The notes under the pieces were generated by a model. That model worked only from the letters and a program-made list of their open reading frames with translations, had not been told where the DNA came from and ran no database searches. Shown piece by piece: positions 59,552 to 64,000 of a stretch of DNA of 64,000 nucleotides. Source of the DNA: Candidatus Hodarchaeota archaeon (GTDB lineage: Archaea > Asgardarchaeota > Lokiarchaeia > Sigyniarchaeales > SOKP01); NCBI GenBank assembly GCA_048886685.1, contig JBHLKM010000001.1, positions 160,001-224,000 of the forward strand, given 5' to 3'. Made by a program: the position numbers and the translations under genes. Position 1 is the stretch's first letter, and every line of letters begins with the position of its first letter.

Positions 59552-60919
59552 CTATTTCTGAGTTATTTGTTTATAAGCCTTTTCAAATCTTTCAACAGCA
59601 GAGATAATATCTTCTTTTCTTGAGCCTATTGCAGCATTCATGACAATATATGGTGTTGGATAATTTTCGCAACACGTACCAAATGCATTTTCTTTTGGAT
59701 TATACACTCGAGGACCTGTAACTCTTAAATTATATAAAGCTCCACCGATAGCAAATAAATGTTCTTCTTTTAAATTTTCAAGAGATAGAGCCACTGCTAC
59801 AGGATTATAAATTTCTAATATTCGCTCATTTAAATTCTTCGCTACAATTGATAATTCATCTTCAAGTAATTTTCTGTTTTGTTGTTGTTCTTCAATCAAT
59901 TTTTGATAACCATTAATTCCTAAAGAGAGCATAGATATTAAAAAATTAACAACTGGGGTAGCTGATGCCCGTCCAGCATAAGTTTGGCTGATTTTAAGTA
60001 TATTTTCTTTAAGGGGAGATGCAATTACGGCTCCTCCAACGGGAGTGAGAAAATTTTTATCAGTTGATTGAATTATCGCGTCAACTCTCCCAGCATCAAT
60101 TGCGGAACGAATTAATTTCATCCATTCCGGGCTTTGAACACCATAGGCATTGATAATTATATGAACCAAGTCATTTTCTTGTGCTAATTTGCTAATTTCC
60201 TTTAGATTGTCAGGTTCTCGTGGCGGAAAAAAACTTGTAATAGAGATTATTGAATAACAATCATTATCAATTTTAGTTTCTATATCTTTGGGAGGAATCC
60301 TTACGGCATCTCCAAAAATTTTACCTTTTACAATTTTTGTTTTAAATCCCATTAATTCTATCGATTTTAACAATGACTTGTGGTCAATTTGAGGAACTAA
60401 TACCGTTCTTTTACCATTTGAATATTGTTCATTCTCATCTGGCCTTAAAGCACCTAATGTTAAGGATAAAGACATCCCTGTGCATAATGGAACTACAATT
60501 GCTTCTTTTATATTTGGTAATCCGGAATTCCTTAATATATCTCGCGCTAAATAATTAGAGATTTCATACATTATAGAACCCCCAGGTGCTTTAGGTTGTG
60601 GAGCCGTTAAAAATCCACTTCTTCCTACTCCATGACAAAATCCTGCAGAAGTTTGAAGATGTAGTTTTGATGCTATTCTTGCCTCTCTTTCTCCTACTCT
60701 TGCTGCATTACTATCTTTATCAGTGTCCATATTCGAAAGAGTCTGTAAGAAGAATTCGATTTGTTCATCACTCCAAGGTTTCTTTGGAACACTTTTTTGT
60801 TCAAACAAAGTCTTTATTGGTTTCATGAAATTATTGAGTACAATTTGCCCTCTATCTAGCATATTTTGAGGAATAGCAGAATTTTGAAAAAACTCACTTA
60901 TCTTATTAAAATCCACCAT
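59552..60919 (-). CDS. spcS: O-phosphoseryl-tRNA(Sec) selenium transferase (SepSecS)
   Basis: GEREAR, HGVGRSG.L.APQPKAPG, QSTDKNF PLP lysine, YAGRAS. Adjacent to tRNA-Sec. Confidence 0.95.
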   Translation of the reverse strand: MVDFNKISEFFQNSAIPQNMLDRGQIVLNNFMKPIKTLFEQKSVPKKPWSDEQIEFFLQTLSNMDTDKDSNAARVGEREARIASKLHLQTSAGFCHGVGRSGFLTAPQPKAPGGSIMYEISNYLARDILRNSGLPNIKEAIVVPLCTGMSLSLTLGALRPDENEQYSNGKRTVLVPQIDHKSLLKSIELMGFKTKIVKGKIFGDAVRIPPKDIETKIDNDCYSIISITSFFPPREPDNLKEISKLAQENDLVHIIINAYGVQSPEWMKLIRSAIDAGRVDAIIQSTDKNFLTPVGGAVIASPLKENILKISQTYAGRASATPVVNFLISMLSLGINGYQKLIEEQQQNRKLLEDELSIVAKNLNERILEIYNPVAVALSLENLKEEHLFAIGGALYNLRVTGPRVYNPKENAFGTCCENYPTPYIVMNAAIGSRKEDIISAVERFEKAYKQITQK

Positions 60920-61072
60920 GATATATCACTTATCCAATCATACAAAGTAAATAAAATAAATAAAGCATTTTGTCAAATAATTCTTTTGATATTTTTTAAT
61001 TAAAGCATTTTAAGTCATCTTAAGTAAAATTAAAAAAAATTGAAAAAAAAGAATAGTGTAATAGGAGAAATT

Positions 61073-61165
61073 TGGCGGCCCTCGAGGGGAATCGAACCCC
61101 TATCCCTCCGCAGGATAACTGGGTTTGAAGCCCAGTGTCAGAGACCACTCTAACCGTCAAGGGCC
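61073..61165 (-). tRNA. selC: tRNA-Sec(TCA), 9/4 fold, CCA encoded
   Basis: Acceptor GGCCCTTGA/TCGAGGGCC (9 bp), D-stem GTTAGAG/CTCTGAC with 4-nt loop, anticodon TCA, long variable arm, 4-bp T-stem, G73-CCA. Confidence 0.95.
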
Positions 61166-61169
61166 TTAG

Positions 61170-62387
61170 CTAATCAAAAACTTTTGAAAGACGTTCTCCA
61201 TTTTCAAATATAGCATTAGCTTTTTCCATAAAAGAGGGTATATCAATCTGTTGAGGACACTTATCAAGACATTCACCACACTCAATACAGAGGGCAGCAG
61301 CACCTTCAACATCTTCACCTTCAGCCTTCCTTTTCTCTAAATCTTCATCTGTTTTTGCCATCCTATCATAGAAAAAATTAATTCTAGGTTTCCCCCTGTC
61401 ACCCCAATAATAGAGATCATTTACTAATCTAAGAACATTGGGGATACTAACTCCATTGGGACATGGAAGACAATAACCACAACTTGTACATGGAATTATT
61501 GTATAATTATTATATGCTTCACGTAATTCAGAAATAGTTTTTAATTCTTTATCGGTTAGTAAGTTTATTCTTGAATTTTCTGCGGATTCAATATTTTCTA
61601 CAACTTGCTCCATAGCACTCATTCCACTTAATACTACTGATACTTCAGGATGGTTCCAAACGAATTGCAAAGCCCAATCAGGCATTCTTCTTTTAATCTC
61701 AGATTTATCCAGCACTTCTTTAATTTCAGGCTTTCTGTCTAATACACGATCAGGAATGGCTAATTTTCCTCCACGAATTGGTTCCATAATTATCAAAGCA
61801 ATTCCCTTACTACCAGCGTATTGCACTCCTTTAGTACCAGCTTGATAATCAATGTCAAGGTAGTTATATTGGATTTGACAGCAATCCCAATTATAATAGT
61901 CTATGATCTCTTTAAACACCTCATAATTATCATGAAAAGAAAAGCCAATGTATTTAATTAATCCCTTTTCTTTAGCTTCTTCCATTTTTTTGATTAAGTT
62001 CAAGTTTTTAATCTTCTCTAATCTATTTCTATTTAATCCGTGAAAGAGATAGATATCAGGTTTAGTTTGTAAACGTTCAATTTGTTCATTGAGAAATTTA
62101 TCAAAATCTTCAGTTTTTTTTACCATCCATACAGGTGATTTAGTTGCGAGATGTACTTTGTCTCGGTATCCTTCTTTTAAAGCTTTTCCTACAATAATTT
62201 CACTCTGACCATTATGATAAGGGTAAGCAGTATCAACATAATTCACTCCATTATCAATTGCATATCGAATCATTTTGATTGCTTCTTCTTCATTTACTTT
62301 TAGTGGGTTAAATGAGGGTAATCTCATTGCCCCAAATCCAAGAGCAGAGACTTCCCAATCAAGTGAACCCATTTTTCTATACTTCAT
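61170..62387 (-). CDS. Aldo/keto reductase with C-terminal 4Fe-4S dicluster
   Basis: LGFGAMRLP, DTAYPY, IGFSFH, MEPIRGG, CTSCGYCLPCP, CIECGECLDKCP. Confidence 0.92.
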   Translation of the reverse strand: MKYRKMGSLDWEVSALGFGAMRLPSFNPLKVNEEEAIKMIRYAIDNGVNYVDTAYPYHNGQSEIIVGKALKEGYRDKVHLATKSPVWMVKKTEDFDKFLNEQIERLQTKPDIYLFHGLNRNRLEKIKNLNLIKKMEEAKEKGLIKYIGFSFHDNYEVFKEIIDYYNWDCCQIQYNYLDIDYQAGTKGVQYAGSKGIALIIMEPIRGGKLAIPDRVLDRKPEIKEVLDKSEIKRRMPDWALQFVWNHPEVSVVLSGMSAMEQVVENIESAENSRINLLTDKELKTISELREAYNNYTIIPCTSCGYCLPCPNGVSIPNVLRLVNDLYYWGDRGKPRINFFYDRMAKTDEDLEKRKAEGEDVEGAAALCIECGECLDKCPQQIDIPSFMEKANAIFENGERLSKVFD

Positions 62388-62624
62388 GGTAATCTTTATT
62401 ATTGTTTTTTATATAATTAATACAAAAAAGAAACAATTCTAATTGAAGTTTATTCTTTATTTATATTAGGAAAAATTATTGCAGAGATATTATAATGTCT
62501 TAAAATATATTCTATTTTAAGTAGAACTATTTTAAATAACGAATTACTAAATTTGAACTGTTTTTCTCTTTATAAATAAATAACTGCTAGATTCATAGAA
62601 AAATAAAGTATTAAGGAAAATGAT

Positions 62625-62777
62625 ATGAGTAGTGATGCAGATCTTTCAATAGTTCTAAATTTGCTTGAATGCCCCTTTTATTCAAGTTGTTCTCTTCCAA
62701 AAATAAATTTCTTATGTAAAATTCCAGAATGTAAAAGTTGCTCAGAATATAATGCCAAATTAATAAAAATACAATGA
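62625..62777 (+). CDS. Small Cys-rich protein (50 aa, not in ORF track)
   Basis: MSSDADLSIVLNLLECPFYSSCSLPKINFLCKIPECKSCSEYNAKLIKIQ*, preceded by an AAGGA SD-like sequence. Confidence 0.6.
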   Translation: MSSDADLSIVLNLLECPFYSSCSLPKINFLCKIPECKSCSEYNAKLIKIQ

Positions 62778-62870
62778 AAATCATTTTACAATTTTATCTT
62801 TTATATCATCAATAGTAGCCCTTCTTAGGTTTAATGATTTCATTATTATGATCAAACTTTTATATAAAAT

Positions 62871-63569
62871 TTATTCTTCAAAATCCTCATATCTCATTTT
62901 GATATCCTCTATTGTCGGTCTCCTTGCCTTGTTTGAACCTATTTGAATATTATAAACCAATTCAAGGAAATATGTAATTAAAAAGGCGGTGGCTCCCCAA
63001 ATAGTATAGGTTCGCCAATTTTCTTCATTTAAAAAATTGAAATAAAAAACAGGGAATTTTATACCTTTAATATCAAAAGTTTGCTCTTTAAAATTGGATT
63101 TATCTACAAAAAAATTAATAGGGACTTTCAAGATTTTTTGAACTTCTCTCTCATCTCTTTGGAGTTTTTGATTTTCATCAATAATTCCTAGAAAGGGGGT
63201 AACAATATATTTCGTTGTCGTAGGAAAGTCATTTAAGCATCCGATTATTCTAATTTTACCTCGGGGAACCCCTATCTCCTCTTCAGTTTCTCTTAAGGCC
63301 GTGTCTTTTAAGGATTTATCAACATCAATCTCAAATTTTCCACCAGGAAAAGATATTTCACCTCTATGTCGTGTTCCTTCATCGGAACGGTGAATCAAAA
63401 CTAGTTCATAAGGTTTATTTTCATAAGGAATTATTAAAAAGACAACCGCAGCTTTAGTAAAAAAATCGTCTTGTAGAGAAACCCGTGAGAGTGAATCACA
63501 TGGGTATAGTTTTTTTTTTATCAAATTTTCGTTGAAAAGTAAGTCTATTGTGTCCATCTGTTTTTGCAA
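62871..63569 (-). CDS. Nudix CoA pyrophosphatase
   Basis: HRGEISFPGG, ALRETEEEIG, IWGATA. Confidence 0.9.
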   Translation of the reverse strand: MQKQMDTIDLLFNENLIKKKLYPCDSLSRVSLQDDFFTKAAVVFLIIPYENKPYELVLIHRSDEGTRHRGEISFPGGKFEIDVDKSLKDTALRETEEEIGVPRGKIRIIGCLNDFPTTTKYIVTPFLGIIDENQKLQRDEREVQKILKVPINFFVDKSNFKEQTFDIKGIKFPVFYFNFLNEENWRTYTIWGATAFLITYFLELVYNIQIGSNKARRPTIEDIKMRYEDFEE

Positions 63570-63636
63570 AAAATTTTAAGATATTAAATATTTAAAAAAC
63601 ATAATATTTAATCCTAATAAAGTTTTTAGCAAGTGT

Positions 63637-63942
63637 TTGATTATGAAGCTTCCAAAGGAACTTAGAGATAAAAGAGATATGGGAGGAACAACTAAGACGA
63701 GAAAGTGTTCAGTAAAAGAATGTAATGAGAATGCAATCCGTTCTCTCTCTGAGAATGCGTGGAAGTTATATGTCGAAAAAGCAGGTTTAAAACTTAAAGA
63801 TAGCTCCAATCGTAAAATTTATTTGTGTAAACCACATTATAGTCAATCTAATAAATTTCGAAAATCACAAGAAAAGAATTTTCAGAAGAAAGGTTTTTTA
63901 GATAATTCAACTTCTCTTAAAAGAGGAAGGTGGGAGATTTAA
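63637..63942 (+). CDS. Small basic zinc-binding hypothetical protein
   Basis: CSVKEC...LCKPHY. The real start may be the ATG of MGGTT. Confidence 0.65.
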   Translation: MIMKLPKELRDKRDMGGTTKTRKCSVKECNENAIRSLSENAWKLYVEKAGLKLKDSSNRKIYLCKPHYSQSNKFRKSQEKNFQKKGFLDNSTSLKRGRWEI

Positions 63943-64000
63943 GGATTTCCTACCATTTTATCATAAAAAGAATTTATCAAATTATGCTGTCCTTGCGCGA

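Overview
AT-rich (~30% GC by eye) archaeal chromosomal segment, most consistent with an Asgard archaeon of the Lokiarchaeia type. Support for this includes a Vps28-like ESCRT-I protein, SepSecS with a 9/4 tRNA-Sec, SCP2 proteins, LITAF-like and Yip1-like proteins, and archaeal r-proteins uL11/uL1/uL10/P1, eL14, eL34 and uS2. It is mostly core or metabolic DNA: an ether-lipid operon, sulfatase plus maturase, shikimate, thiamine and leuCD/ilvD genes, secY-EMC3/TMCO1, rtcA and two orphan adenine methyltransferases. I saw no mobile element or CRISPR array. The main discovery is RNA-level. The rpl11 (uL11) gene is interrupted inside its conserved GPPIGPA motif by a 35-nt, stop-containing, frame-breaking insert that folds into a bulge-helix-bulge-type splicing-endonuclease substrate. 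This makes it a candidate tRNA-type intron in a ribosomal-protein mRNA, and a ~100-nt structured hairpin lies just upstream. The window also has a tRNA-Ile(UAU) split by three BHB-type introns, an intron-containing tRNA-Ser(GGA), a tRNA-Sec/SepSecS locus, an eL34 gene that apparently must start at ATT, and two small Cys-rich ORFs missed by the ORF track.
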